Positions 27,751 through 37,658 are shown, counted from the first letter of the stretch. The stretch is DNA of 64,000 nucleotides from a virus (IMGVR_UViG_3300033156_001223:41842-105841); one strand, 5' to 3'. Notes: generated by a model not told the origin, from the sequence alone. Program-made: numbers and translations.

Positions 27751-28494
27751 CTAAATACCAAATCTTTCGGGGTATAAGTAAACCACAGAAACAAGAGCCG
27801 GGAAGTACAAATCTCGATAATGTTGCATTTTTCTAACAAGACTCTTAAATCGTCTACCATTTGGTGGAACATACTCTTCTCCATATCTAAGCCCGGCCTT
27901 TTTAGCTACAAGAAGTTCTCCAGATCCAGCTCTGAGAGCTTTGTAGTAATTTTTGATATCTTTATCCCCCAGATGATATAAGTAGTTGGATTCTTTAATA
28001 ATAACTGATGGGTCCGAGTGAGTAGAAAATTTAGATTCCACTAGATGTTTTCTAATTTCCTTTATACTTTTTCCCTTTTTTCTTAATCTACTGGCTTCTT
28101 GGATTAACTGCTGGTATTCACTCAACTCATGAGCTGTTGCTAGTATTCTCAGATTTTCTCTCTGTCGTCTATCAAATTTCTTTGGTACTTTACGAGCATA
28201 TCTATAAAAATCTGAGTTAATCTGCTTTACCAGTTTTCTAACTTTGGGTAAATCTTTTGCAATTATTTTCCAATCTGATATTTCCTTGTAAGGGAGCATT
28301 CTTTTTTCTAATATTATTGGATACTTAGTCCCATACCTGACTTTTCTATATAATTTGGTTAGATGACCAAGCCAAGTGACATCCCATATTGCTGAAGGTA
28401 TAAAAGTAGCGGATCTGTCTTTTTTCTGGAGCTTCTTATATATTTTCTTGGCTTCTTCCCAGGTTTGATCAGTATTAGATTGTTTTGGCATCAA
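27751..28494 (-). CDS. hypothetical basic protein (247 aa)
   Basis: ORF. Confidence 0.45.
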   Translation of the reverse strand: MMPKQSNTDQTWEEAKKIYKKLQKKDRSATFIPSAIWDVTWLGHLTKLYRKVRYGTKYPIILEKRMLPYKEISDWKIIAKDLPKVRKLVKQINSDFYRYARKVPKKFDRRQRENLRILATAHELSEYQQLIQEASRLRKKGKSIKEIRKHLVESKFSTHSDPSVIIKESNYLYHLGDKDIKNYYKALRAGSGELLVAKKAGLRYGEEYVPPNGRRFKSLVRKMQHYRDLYFPALVSVVYLYPERFGI

Positions 28495-28520
28495 AATTAT
28501 TGTAGCAAAATAGAGGTAGC

Positions 28521-28552
28521 TAAAAAAGAGGCGGGCCTATGCCGCCCCTTTT
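28521..28552. terminator. GC-hairpin with flanking T/A runs, overlapping the stop of ORF 28537..28860
   Basis: GGCGG-GCCTATG-CCGCC stem with TTTT on both strands. Confidence 0.4.
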
Positions 28553-28860
28553 AAAACTCTTTTAGTAACTGTTCTTATTATTGAAATCAGTAATTGCTGG
28601 GATGAACTAATATCTCTACTATTCCCCTGTACAAGTTCAGCAAATTTACCTTTTTTAGATTCTCCTACTACAAACGCCATATTAGGGTGTGTCCTTAAAA
28701 CCGCGATCCAAGCATACGAATCCCCCACAGGTTGATCTCTTACTAAACCAAAAATGAATTCAGAAAAAGGGGGGTATATCCAACAAACTTCCGGAATCTC
28801 CTCTTCCAATCTCCTCGCTACCGCCCCCCAGTTGAAAACTGTATGATCAACCACTTTCAT
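28537..28860 (-). CDS. hypothetical protein (107 aa)
   Basis: ORF. Confidence 0.4.
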   Translation of the reverse strand: MKVVDHTVFNWGAVARRLEEEIPEVCWIYPPFSEFIFGLVRDQPVGDSYAWIAVLRTHPNMAFVVGESKKGKFAELVQGNSRDISSSQQLLISIIRTVTKRVLKGAA

Positions 28861-29104
28861 CTTGGAATCTCCTAATTGCCTCCTCCAATGCTCTGTGGTT
28901 CTGAACAGGAGCTATCTTCTTTTGGATTCGGAAGAAAAATCTATAAAAACAAGGAAGGCAGATGTTGTTATACAAGTACCGACTATTGTAGGTCAGAGTG
29001 ATCTCTACTAAATGATCTCCACCTCTAATTACCTTACCACATATATGACAGGTTCTGTTTCTTCTAGCCTGTTCTATATGTAACCCCACTGGCTCACCTC
29101 CCAA
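28847..29104 (-). CDS. zinc-ribbon protein (85 aa)
   Basis: CHICGK...CLPCF. Confidence 0.4.
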   Translation of the reverse strand: MGGEPVGLHIEQARRNRTCHICGKVIRGGDHLVEITLTYNSRYLYNNICLPCFYRFFFRIQKKIAPVQNHRALEEAIRRFQDESG

Positions 29105-29378
29105 TCTTAATCTTTATTTCTTCATCAATAGGCATGTTTATAGTAGCCCCTCCGATCTCAATCCTAACAGAGAATTTTCTTCCAGAATTATTAGCCCTTT
29201 TCTTATCTTTATTACGAAATTTAGAAGAAGCACTCAGGCCGTATTTCTTTTTCCAATGATAGTAACAGGAATTCGACACACCGTATTTTTCAGTAAAGAG
29301 TTTTGGACTTAATTCCGATAAATCTTTGAGTACTTCCGCCGGAATCTCGTTATTCGGAAATCTCGGTTTCATCCTCAT
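29094..29378 (-). CDS. small HTH-type DNA-binding protein (transposase-OrfA / terminase-small-like)
   Basis: EKYGVSNSCYYHWKKKYG resembles HTH_Tnp_1-type helix-turn-helix. Confidence 0.35.
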   Translation of the reverse strand: MRMKPRFPNNEIPAEVLKDLSELSPKLFTEKYGVSNSCYYHWKKKYGLSASSKFRNKDKKRANNSGRKFSVRIEIGGATINMPIDEEIKIKIGR

Positions 29379-29976
29379 CCCTCCTTAGTCTTAGTTTTTG
29401 GAATCTTTCAACTCTATGTAGTGGAGTAAGCCCTCTCTCTTCAATACCTTTCCAATGATTGGGTGCTGGGTATCCTTTATTCGATACCCAATCGTAAGAT
29501 GGATATAGGTTATGAAGTCTTATCATAACCTTATCTCTCTCTACTTTTGCTAGAATACTAGCAATTGCTACAGGGAGGAAAATATTATCAGCTTTAATTA
29601 CAGCCACTCCTATTTCCTGATATTTAATAGGAACATGGGTGCCGTCGAAAATAATGATGTCCGGAATTCCAGATAAATACAAATCATCTAAAGCCCGAGA
29701 CATTGCTAGTAATCTAGCCTGATGTAAATTAAGATATTTCAATTCTTTAACTGATACTGAGCCAAACGAGTAGCAACAAAACTTTTTTAATTTAGGAATA
29801 AGACTTTCTCGTTTCTCGGGGCTAAGTAACTTCGAATCTTTTATTTCTTGATATAAAGATTGTGGGAGTCTGGAAACTAGATAAGCAGCACAAGCATAGA
29901 GTGGGCCGGCTAACGCACTTACTCCCACTTCGTCCACTCCGATGACAAATTGGTCAGTCTTCGGTGTCATCTTCAT
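29350..29976 (-). CDS. rnhB: ribonuclease HII
   Basis: GVDEVGVSALAGPLY (DEVGRG motif), DSK, IAIASILAKVERD, GYP motifs in canonical order. Confidence 0.8.
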   Translation of the reverse strand: MKMTPKTDQFVIGVDEVGVSALAGPLYACAAYLVSRLPQSLYQEIKDSKLLSPEKRESLIPKLKKFCCYSFGSVSVKELKYLNLHQARLLAMSRALDDLYLSGIPDIIIFDGTHVPIKYQEIGVAVIKADNIFLPVAIASILAKVERDKVMIRLHNLYPSYDWVSNKGYPAPNHWKGIEERGLTPLHRVERFQKLRLRRDEDETEISE

Positions 29977-30337
29977 CTTGCCTTCTCTCCTTACAATACT
30001 CTTTCACACCGTACCACCCCATTGAACCAAATAAACATAACAATGCATCTGCATATTCTTCTTCTAATAACATTCCAAAATTAGGATTCTCCTTCTTGAA
30101 AGCTTTAATTGCATCCTTGATAGTAATATTCTCACCATATGAATTTTTAAGAGTCTCCAGAGTGAATGCTACAGCTATCACATTGAAACAGTGAAACATC
30201 TCTGAAGAGTCTCTCTTTCCATAAACTTCCTCCAAGAAATTCAGACTAAACAGACTAGATTCTAAGCAGTTATTGAGAAACCTACGCTCCATTTCTGGAA
30301 TATCAACCTGAGAAAAATTAGATTCACCTAACCTCAT
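29954..30337 (-). CDS. hypothetical protein (127 aa)
   Basis: ORF. Confidence 0.4.
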   Translation of the reverse strand: MRLGESNFSQVDIPEMERRFLNNCLESSLFSLNFLEEVYGKRDSSEMFHCFNVIAVAFTLETLKNSYGENITIKDAIKAFKKENPNFGMLLEEEYADALLCLFGSMGWYGVKEYCKERRQDEDDTED

Positions 30338-30339
30338 TT

Positions 30340-30813
30340 TTACCTCCTACTCGAATACCCAAACGACAGAAATGACATATCGTCTTGCATAAAAACATCT
30401 GCTAGCAATGAAGAAAACTTCTTGAGCTTCTCTAAACATTCCTTGCTGACGGATGCTACAAATGACCTAAACTCTTCAGGAGAAGAAAATACCATGAAAG
30501 CATCATTATCATGTCTCAATACTCTATAATTCCCGAAGAGTACATGACATGCGACATTTTTGTTGCTTTCCAACTCTATAACTACTTCCACTCTCTTAGT
30601 AGGAAACTCAATCGCTTCAGCCACCAAATCTGCTGGGAATTTGTACAGCCAATAAAATTTAAATTGGGCATTCTCGAATTTGTTGCCCCACGATAAATAC
30701 GTAGGGATCATTCCCTTAGTGAAATAAATTACTTCAACCGCTTCATCTACTTTATCCTCTTCAACCCCCGCATACTTCACTAGGATGATTTTGAATTTCT
30801 CTAATAATTCCAT
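30340..30813 (-). CDS. hypothetical protein (157 aa)
   Basis: ORF. Confidence 0.4.
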   Translation of the reverse strand: MELLEKFKIILVKYAGVEEDKVDEAVEVIYFTKGMIPTYLSWGNKFENAQFKFYWLYKFPADLVAEAIEFPTKRVEVVIELESNKNVACHVLFGNYRVLRHDNDAFMVFSSPEEFRSFVASVSKECLEKLKKFSSLLADVFMQDDMSFLSFGYSSRR

Positions 30814-31204
30814 CCCCTCCTCCTTTCAGAGTCAGTTTAATCTCCCCAAATCTACTATTGGTGTAGGAAATGCATGTATAGACCAGTTCAATAAAGCTGA
30901 TCAATACTTCAGAAATACCATTTGCTGGTAGCTTAACTTGTATATCATCTATGTCATTTATTTCCATTTCTGCACATCCAGTAATTGGGTATATAATTAC
31001 TAAGAACTGTTGCAATGTCTGTAAATAGCTACTATAGAAGAACAATATTAACCAAATGCTTCTCTTTTTTATCTTTATTGAAAATGCTTTACACATAGCC
31101 CAAAAATCGATTAGGCAAAACAATCTATACACAATGTTGACAAGTGCGGAAAAGGTGGCAACGAGAACAGCTACTAATAATAAGAAAATATCAAAATTAT
31201 TCAT
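30761..31204 (-). CDS. membrane protein (147 aa, two predicted TM helices)
   Basis: Hydrophobic stretches LLLVAVLVATFSALVNIV and IWLILFFYSSYL. Confidence 0.4.
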   Translation of the reverse strand: MNNFDIFLLLVAVLVATFSALVNIVYRLFCLIDFWAMCKAFSIKIKKRSIWLILFFYSSYLQTLQQFLVIIYPITGCAEMEINDIDDIQVKLPANGISEVLISFIELVYTCISYTNSRFGEIKLTLKGGGDGIIREIQNHPSEVCGG

Positions 31205-31230
31205 TGCTCTACCTCCAAAAGCTTAAGTTG

Positions 31231-31261
31231 AAATAAAAAGGGGAGAGCTTATGCTCTCCCC
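31231..31261 (-). terminator. intrinsic terminator
   Basis: Minus strand GGGGAGAGC-ATAA-GCTCTCCCC followed by TTTTTATTT, directly after the stop of 31262..31504. Confidence 0.6.
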
Positions 31262-31504
31262 TTAAAGTTCATTATCTGAAAATAAGTCAGGAGGTGATAA
31301 CATTTTCATAACCATTTTTTGAACTACTTCGTAAAACTCTGGGATGAAATCCTTGTAATTGTCTTTTACGTGGCCTACTAGTTCCTGAATCAGGCTTTGG
31401 AGCTTTTCATCCTCAGCTACTTTAGCAGCCCATTTTTCCACAAAACGATCTATCTCCGGATCTCCAGTATCAATGTTCTTGATATACTTTTCAATTTCAT
31501 TCAT
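31262..31504 (-). CDS. small acidic protein (80 aa)
   Basis: ORF with GGAGG SD. Confidence 0.4.
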   Translation of the reverse strand: MNEIEKYIKNIDTGDPEIDRFVEKWAAKVAEDEKLQSLIQELVGHVKDNYKDFIPEFYEVVQKMVMKMLSPPDLFSDNEL

Positions 31505-31607
31505 ATGAAATACCTCCTTTTTAATTTCTAGCTTTCAAACTTTGAGTCGAATCTCGGGCCAGTTCCAATTACCTTTTAGTTATCTATTTTCTCTCCCTTT
31601 CGAGATG

Positions 31608-32372
31608 TTAGTGGTTTCCAATAGTATAGACTAATGGAACTCCTTGTGCGCCTACTGGAATATATATCATTGTATTATTAGGTGAGTCTGCCATTGCTTT
31701 CTGAGCCTGAATTGCTTCGTGTTGAACATAAAGTGGGGTGAGAGAAGCATTAATTATTCTCTGTGCTTGGGCAATACCCCTCGCTTCAATAACTCTTATT
31801 TCTGCATCTTTCTTCTCGATCTCTACTTCAAATTTTTTCCTTTCCAGCTCAGTCTCTTTAGCAATCTTTAAGTCCTGGGCTTCCTTAACCCTTGGAGGTT
31901 CTTGTATCCAACTTCTAAATTTCTCAAAAGCTTTGGAGGCTATCTCATCTCTCTTATCTTTAGCCTCTAGGGCCTTATATCCTGCTACTGCATCAAGAAT
32001 AGAATTGCGGAATGGCTGTCGAACGGTTCGCTCATACCAATCCTCACCACCATATGTCTCTACGATATCTTTGACTGATCCGGGCTTGGGGCGAATAACG
32101 ATATGAGCATTGAAGTTAAGTTCCAGATTGTCTTTACTGATAACTTTGAATTTCTCATTGCAAGTCTGCCATCTCACATCAATATTAATAACTTTCCATC
32201 GCCACCTCAGCCCAGGTGATGCTGGGCCTTTCTGTGTACGCTTAAATTTTTGTGTACCTATGTACGGCTTCCTGTACAAATATCCCTCATACCCTGCTGG
32301 AGTTTTTGGGTTCGTACAATTACAGATAAAAATAATGAAAGCGAGAAAGATCAAAGGAACAGCTCTCTTCAT
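31608..32372 (-). CDS. SPFH/band-7 (prohibitin/HflC-like) lipoprotein
   Basis: Signal peptide with lipobox-like FICNC; SPFH-like core; Ala/Gln/Glu-rich coiled coil (EARGIAQAQRIINAS). Confidence 0.6.
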   Translation of the reverse strand: MKRAVPLIFLAFIIFICNCTNPKTPAGYEGYLYRKPYIGTQKFKRTQKGPASPGLRWRWKVINIDVRWQTCNEKFKVISKDNLELNFNAHIVIRPKPGSVKDIVETYGGEDWYERTVRQPFRNSILDAVAGYKALEAKDKRDEIASKAFEKFRSWIQEPPRVKEAQDLKIAKETELERKKFEVEIEKKDAEIRVIEARGIAQAQRIINASLTPLYVQHEAIQAQKAMADSPNNTMIYIPVGAQGVPLVYTIGNH

Positions 32373-32475
32373 TTTTCCCTCCTTAATGTGTTAATTCGAC
32401 CCGAGATTCAACTCTTTTTCATTTTTAGGTTTTTGGGGAGAGGAGCGAGGATGCCATAACGGCACCACCTCCTTT

Positions 32476-33474
32476 CTAGTATTTTCTCCTCTCCCTATTA
32501 GTTATAACAAAAAACCAGGAGGGGATTTCCAATGGTGGGCTATTATACCACTTGATGGTTTTCTCTATTCCTTCTTCAAGTTTTATTTCTGGAGACCAGC
32601 CAAGTTCTTTTCTTAATTTAGTACTATCCAAAGCGTATCTAAAGTCATGCCCAGGCCTGTCTTCAACCTTCTTTATCTGAAGATTGGGTAGAAATTTTTT
32701 AAGTACTTCAAGCACTTGGTAATTATGATATTCTTCTCCAGAGGATATATTATAGACTTCTCCGATACTACCATGGTAGACAAGTCCTTCTACTGCTCGA
32801 ACCATATCTTCTACATAAATCCACTCTCGCATTTGCTTTCCTTCCCCATATAGAATAGCTGGCTCTCCTTTCAGAGTATTACAAATTGCTTTAGGGATAA
32901 ATTTAGAGGGATGTTGTCTCGGGCCATAGACATTACAAGAGCGGAAGATAATTATAGGGAGTTGGAAAGTGTTATGAAAAGCAAAACAAAGAGCTTCAGC
33001 ACTAGCCTTGCTTGCTGAGTATGGATTCCTGGGTCTAACTACTACTTCTTCTGTCACGGGAGGATCCCCCTCTTTCAGTTCTCCTAACACCTCATCAGTG
33101 CCAGCATAAATAAATCTGTCTATCTTCTCGTATATTTTACATGCTTGGAGCAGATTGAAGTGATCGACGATGTTGAATTTGATGAAGTCGGTTGGTGATT
33201 TGATACTATCATCAACATGAGAAAAAGCTGCAAAATGAACTACATCGGTAATCTGATACTCTTGCAAAATAGCCGGGGAAACCTCACCAGCTAGAATAGG
33301 AAGAAGTCCTACTTTATCTTTATACTCTTGATAGATTTCTTCCCATAATAAATCATTCCATTTGTCAAGAAATCTAAAGTCTACTATTATTACTTCTCTA
33401 TCACTCTCTAATATTCTTCGAACAAAATTTGAGCCAATAAACCCCAACCCACCAGTAACAAGTATCCTTCCCAT
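32476..33474 (-). CDS. rmlB: dTDP-glucose 4,6-dehydratase (NAD-dependent SDR epimerase/dehydratase)
   Basis: N-terminal GGLGFIGSNF Rossmann motif; YSASKASAE catalytic YxxxK; downstream block matches RmlB (NVYGPRQHPSKFIPK...ILYGEGKQMREWIYVED). Confidence 0.7.
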   Translation of the reverse strand: MGRILVTGGLGFIGSNFVRRILESDREVIIVDFRFLDKWNDLLWEEIYQEYKDKVGLLPILAGEVSPAILQEYQITDVVHFAAFSHVDDSIKSPTDFIKFNIVDHFNLLQACKIYEKIDRFIYAGTDEVLGELKEGDPPVTEEVVVRPRNPYSASKASAEALCFAFHNTFQLPIIIFRSCNVYGPRQHPSKFIPKAICNTLKGEPAILYGEGKQMREWIYVEDMVRAVEGLVYHGSIGEVYNISSGEEYHNYQVLEVLKKFLPNLQIKKVEDRPGHDFRYALDSTKLRKELGWSPEIKLEEGIEKTIKWYNSPPLEIPSWFFVITNRERRKY

Positions 33475-33506
33475 ATGAATCCTCCTTGCTACATTTACCT
33501 ACACAT

Positions 33507-33740
33507 CTATTCAACGCAAACCTGGAAAACTACTCTCTTACCGGGCTGATTAGATGTATTTATGGCATAGAGAATGGTGCGAATTGCATTAGCAATCGAG
33601 CCTTTTTTCCCCAATACAATTGGGGCATCATCCTTATCAACTTTTACTTCAAATACAATCGCAAATTTGCCATCTACTCGGCTGATTTCATATGGCTTGC
33701 TACATAAGTTGTCGAGTATTGCCTTCAGAATTTCTTCCAT
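33507..33740 (-). CDS. KH-domain RNA-binding protein (KhpA/UPF0109-like)
   Basis: 77 aa; VLGKKGSIANAIRTIL matches the GxxG KH loop pattern. Confidence 0.45.
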   Translation of the reverse strand: MEEILKAILDNLCSKPYEISRVDGKFAIVFEVKVDKDDAPIVLGKKGSIANAIRTILYAINTSNQPGKRVVFQVCVE

Positions 33741-33801
33741 CGGACGTACCCTCCTACTAAATCAATTCTTAAAGCAAATTTTAACAAAAAATCTAATATT
33801 G

Positions 33802-34494
33802 TCAATCAGATACAATTTTATCCAAATTGAGAAGGAAACAATCACTACTTATTATCTCCTCTATCTGCTTAGCGTTGAGTTCCTTTGGACCATAAAATAC
33901 CTTCAACTCTTCAGCAGGAGTCTTCGTAATGGTGTTAGTAATGAAGTTCTCATCAAAAGTGCTGATAAAGAATTGTTTCTTGCTGTGACTTCCTATATAT
34001 TTTGAAAGTATCGATGATTCTATAGGGCCAATACCCCTAATATTCTCAAAACAAATAATACGCTCTGGGGCATCATACACGTAATAACTGTATTCTTTGG
34101 CAATATACTCTGGTAAAGATCCAGCATCTCTTCCCATCAAAGGTATATTTAGTTCTGGGCTATAAATATAACAGGCTGAGTAATGCTTATTAGTTTTTAT
34201 AATATATGAGTAGTCAGTTATCGATACCTCAAACATATTAGTTTTGATATTACACTCACTTATGGGAAAAAATCTATCTGGAGGAATTAGGCAAGACCAT
34301 CTATCTCCACGCAAATACACTGGCATAGAAATAGCTCGTAGGATATGTGAAACCCATGCTACACCACTGTAGTTCGTAAGAAAGGACTTATCTTCACACA
34401 AAAAAATATTCACTCGACCAAATTCATTTATTTTCACATTTTTGATCTCAAAGCGCATAGTGCGTAATTTCCTAATCTGAATCCACTTTATCAT
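33802..34494 (-). CDS. hypothetical protein (230 aa)
   Basis: ORF. Confidence 0.4.
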   Translation of the reverse strand: MIKWIQIRKLRTMRFEIKNVKINEFGRVNIFLCEDKSFLTNYSGVAWVSHILRAISMPVYLRGDRWSCLIPPDRFFPISECNIKTNMFEVSITDYSYIIKTNKHYSACYIYSPELNIPLMGRDAGSLPEYIAKEYSYYVYDAPERIICFENIRGIGPIESSILSKYIGSHSKKQFFISTFDENFITNTITKTPAEELKVFYGPKELNAKQIEEIISSDCFLLNLDKIVSD

Positions 34495-34660
34495 GCTTAC
34501 CCTCCTTTGCTCGGTCTACTAAATCACGATAGCACCGATAGCAGCATACCCATTTTCCATGAAGCTCTTTTGGCACTAATATATCACTATACCAAGTGCC
34601 ATCAATAATTCTTCCCTCAGTTTCAAACGATTTATTTCTACCACAAATAACACATTTCAT
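34472..34660 (-). CDS. zinc-ribbon protein (62 aa)
   Basis: CVICGR...CCYRC. Confidence 0.35.
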   Translation of the reverse strand: MKCVICGRNKSFETEGRIIDGTWYSDILVPKELHGKWVCCYRCYRDLVDRAKEGKHDKVDSD

Positions 34661-35325
34661 TCCTCCCCCTCCTCAATCAGTTTCGCATTCTCTAAATCCT
34701 GCCAACCACGGCTGCCATCTGGTCTTGTAAGATGATCACAGACTACTCCGCAATGGACATAACTCTTATAACCCAACTCTGCAGCATCGTGGTGGAATAC
34801 CGCATCCGGAAAAGCTTCAGTATGTCTAAATTCAACTTTTTCAACTACTTCTCTTTTAATCAAACATACTCCTAGAGTACCTTTTGGAGTACACTCTTTA
34901 ATTACATCTCCTGCTATCCACCATTCGGGTGGATGGAAATCGAAATCCGTGTAGTAGAGGCCTTCTATAATGGGCTTATCTGCCTCAATTAATTTTTTAA
35001 GAGTATATGGAGGCAGTATCACATCACATTCAACACTAAACAAATAATCATAATCTCCTTCAAGACAAATTTCTCTTGCCAAATTACAAGCAGCGGCTAA
35101 TCTACGATGCACCAGATACTCATCTGGGGTCTGATCTATTTTGATAACTTGTTTAATCCATCCCTCTGGTATAGGAAATTCCCAATATTTTGGAGTAGTA
35201 GATATTACTACTCTGGTAAGGAAATTTTTAGGAAAATCCAATCGTTGTATGGCCCTGAAGAAGAGAGGAATCGAATAAGATTTTATTGGGTGAACGGGAC
35301 TAAATAAAAGTACTCTACCAAACAT
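34657..35325 (-). CDS. putative GT-A fold glycosyltransferase
   Basis: NLAREICLEGDYDYLFSVECDVIL resembles the GT2 DxD-region pattern; weak. Confidence 0.35.
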   Translation of the reverse strand: MFGRVLLFSPVHPIKSYSIPLFFRAIQRLDFPKNFLTRVVISTTPKYWEFPIPEGWIKQVIKIDQTPDEYLVHRRLAAACNLAREICLEGDYDYLFSVECDVILPPYTLKKLIEADKPIIEGLYYTDFDFHPPEWWIAGDVIKECTPKGTLGVCLIKREVVEKVEFRHTEAFPDAVFHHDAAELGYKSYVHCGVVCDHLTRPDGSRGWQDLENAKLIEEGEE

Positions 35326-35336
35326 ACCCTCCTCCT

Positions 35337-35891
35337 TTAGTTAAGCTCCCTATCATCTCCTACGAAAATATCATAGAAAGTACAATATTTCCCTAAATTA
35401 CCTCCCCCAATATCAAGCGGTTTAGGAGTATCACCTTCAAGTTCCCACCCAAATCCATCAATCTCTTTAGTCTTAAAATTAACACACTGAACCCAAACTA
35501 CATCAACAGGGTCAAAAAACTCTTTTATCTGATGATAATACATTCCAATCTGTTCTTCTTGTATACTTGGAATTCCTACTTTCCGCATCTCACCCATTGT
35601 TATACACCCTAGATAATCAATATTACTTCTGCGGCAGAACTCTTTCACGGATAAGAAATTAGGTATTTTGTCTTCTCTAGAAAACTCCAATGGAACGACA
35701 AAGTATAAAGTTCCAGGGGAATAGCAAAAAAAGCTCATAGGATCCATGTCAATTTCGTTAACTGTTTCGAAATATTTTGTAATAAAATTTTTAATGAAGC
35801 TACAGAAATCTTGAAAAGAATTGATATCATTTTCTTCAAATTCCAACACCTTCATGTGAATCTGTTTCATCTTTCTCCTCCTCCCATTCAA
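35337..35891 (-). CDS. hypothetical protein (184 aa)
   Basis: ORF. Confidence 0.4.
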   Translation of the reverse strand: MNGRRRKMKQIHMKVLEFEENDINSFQDFCSFIKNFITKYFETVNEIDMDPMSFFCYSPGTLYFVVPLEFSREDKIPNFLSVKEFCRRSNIDYLGCITMGEMRKVGIPSIQEEQIGMYYHQIKEFFDPVDVVWVQCVNFKTKEIDGFGWELEGDTPKPLDIGGGNLGKYCTFYDIFVGDDRELN

Positions 35892-35944
35892 TAATCCCTT
35901 CTGCTACTTGTCGTAATTCTTTTTTCTTCTCCCTTCTTTCTCTT

Positions 35945-36367
35945 CTATCTCTCATTATCTTCGTTGGTGGTGCTGTCGGTTTCCTCACTTGGCAGTATAG
36001 GGGCTTCCTTTTCTTTTTCATTGAGATATTTCCTCCCAATTATTCTATTTATCTCTCTATTTAATCCAAGCATATTGAGTATTGCAGGGACCTTATCAAT
36101 AATAGTTCTCTGAAAATTGACTACTTGTAAAAGAGCTTTGTTAATATAATCGAACCCATTACAATACCATCCCTCAGGAAACTTCTGGCAGACTATTCCA
36201 GCATCTGGGTAGATTCTCAAGAGTACATATGGTTGATTAATAAAAAATACATCTTGTTGTTGATATGGAAATTCTTTGAAAACAAATAGAGACACTCCAA
36301 AACCAATAACTGCTCCCAAAAATCCTGATAAGATATGCCTCCCTATTTTCAAATCTTTCCAATTCAT
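35945..36367 (-). CDS. hypothetical protein with N-terminal TM helix (140 aa)
   Basis: ILSGFLGAVIGFGVSLFVF. Confidence 0.35.
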   Translation of the reverse strand: MNWKDLKIGRHILSGFLGAVIGFGVSLFVFKEFPYQQQDVFFINQPYVLLRIYPDAGIVCQKFPEGWYCNGFDYINKALLQVVNFQRTIIDKVPAILNMLGLNREINRIIGRKYLNEKEKEAPILPSEETDSTTNEDNER

Positions 36368-36382
36368 CTTCTCCCTCCAAAC

Positions 36383-36781
36383 TTAGTGATGATGAGTATC
36401 TCTTATTATGCTTACCAACTCTGCAATATTTTCATTGAGTTTTCTAAACTCCTCCACAATTTCTTTTTTGCTCTCCCAGCTTCTTGACCTACTAAAATGT
36501 CTACATATAAATTCCATTACCTTGTCATTGCGTGGTCTAAGACCACGATTGCTGAATATTTTATCTAGACACTCGTAGCATAACCAAATATACTCTCTCT
36601 TTCCTCCTTCTCTACTAATGGTGCAATCTGTTAGCTTATCCTCTTCTTCACAACCACATTGTTCACATCTCTTCTTTTGTAACTGCTTTGGTTGCTTTTT
36701 TGATTTTCTTGTCCCACATCTACAAAATAACATATCTGACCTCCTATTTTTACTAATGGGTGCCCAGCTTTTGCCAGGCAC
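36383..36781 (-). CDS. Cys-rich zinc-binding protein (132 aa)
   Basis: CRCG...CEQCGCEEE...CYEC. Confidence 0.4.
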   Translation of the reverse strand: MPGKSWAPISKNRRSDMLFCRCGTRKSKKQPKQLQKKRCEQCGCEEEDKLTDCTISREGGKREYIWLCYECLDKIFSNRGLRPRNDKVMEFICRHFSRSRSWESKKEIVEEFRKLNENIAELVSIIRDTHHH

Positions 36782-36834
36782 CCTCTCCTGGGGAGATCCC
36801 CACTGCCGGATAGAGTGGAAGACAGGGACATAAT

Positions 36835-37425
36835 TTATTTCTTTTGTAAAAATAAAAGAGATCGAGTTCTATGATTAGTAGATTGTTGTACTGCAACAAT
36901 TCCACGATATTGAAATTCTGCGTTTCTCCATTGAGGGACAATAGTGTCTAACCACAGAAGCCACCCTCCCGGTCTTAACACTCTATAACACTCCTCAAAT
37001 GTCTTCCTTTTCTTTATTGGCTTAGTTCCATACTTCTTATAATTCTTCTCATATGGTGGGTCAGCTAATATTAAATCGAAGCTATTAGATTCTAGAGGAA
37101 TCTCCTTTGAATCGGCAATAATATCTGGTTGTAACTCCGGATTTATATCTAAAGTAAAGATATTTTCTCCGTTTCCCTTTAAAGTTCCTGAAAACAAGTG
37201 TAGGACCAACCCCTCTTTGAAAATTGGATGCATAACTGCTTCTACTCTTCGTAAGAATCCTGGTGGGTAAGCTCCATAAAAATAAGGAGCTCCATCAGCA
37301 CGAGTTTGGTTATACCATCTACCAAACCACCAATAGCCAACAACATTATTCTTATGGAGCAAAACCGGTGACCATCCTTTCTTCTGAGCTATACTGTTAT
37401 AATACTCAACGTTTAAGTCAAACAT
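36835..37425 (-). CDS. putative amino-methyltransferase with DPPY motif (N6A/N4C DNA MTase or RsmD-like)
   Basis: Motif I-like LHLFSGTL followed by FDLILADPPYE (motif IV DPPY). Confidence 0.5.
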   Translation of the reverse strand: MFDLNVEYYNSIAQKKGWSPVLLHKNNVVGYWWFGRWYNQTRADGAPYFYGAYPPGFLRRVEAVMHPIFKEGLVLHLFSGTLKGNGENIFTLDINPELQPDIIADSKEIPLESNSFDLILADPPYEKNYKKYGTKPIKKRKTFEECYRVLRPGGWLLWLDTIVPQWRNAEFQYRGIVAVQQSTNHRTRSLLFLQKK

Positions 37426-37466
37426 TCTTACCTCCTTACCTACTAATCTTATCTAAAAATCCTCTT

Positions 37467-37658
37467 TCAATCAACTAAAAAGTGGAGTGGAGGGTGATTG
37501 CTATCCACTTCACTTTTATCTCCCTTCTTCTTTCCATACTTATAAAATAGATTCTCCAATTGCTTTTGTTGGGGAGGAGATATTGGGCCAAACCCAATTT
37601 TAATTAAATTATTAAAATCCCCCTCCTTAAATCTGATTGTCTTCTTTTTCCTACCCAT
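37467..37658 (-). CDS. small basic protein (63 aa)
   Basis: ORF. Confidence 0.3.
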   Translation of the reverse strand: MGRKKKTIRFKEGDFNNLIKIGFGPISPPQQKQLENLFYKYGKKKGDKSEVDSNHPPLHFLVD

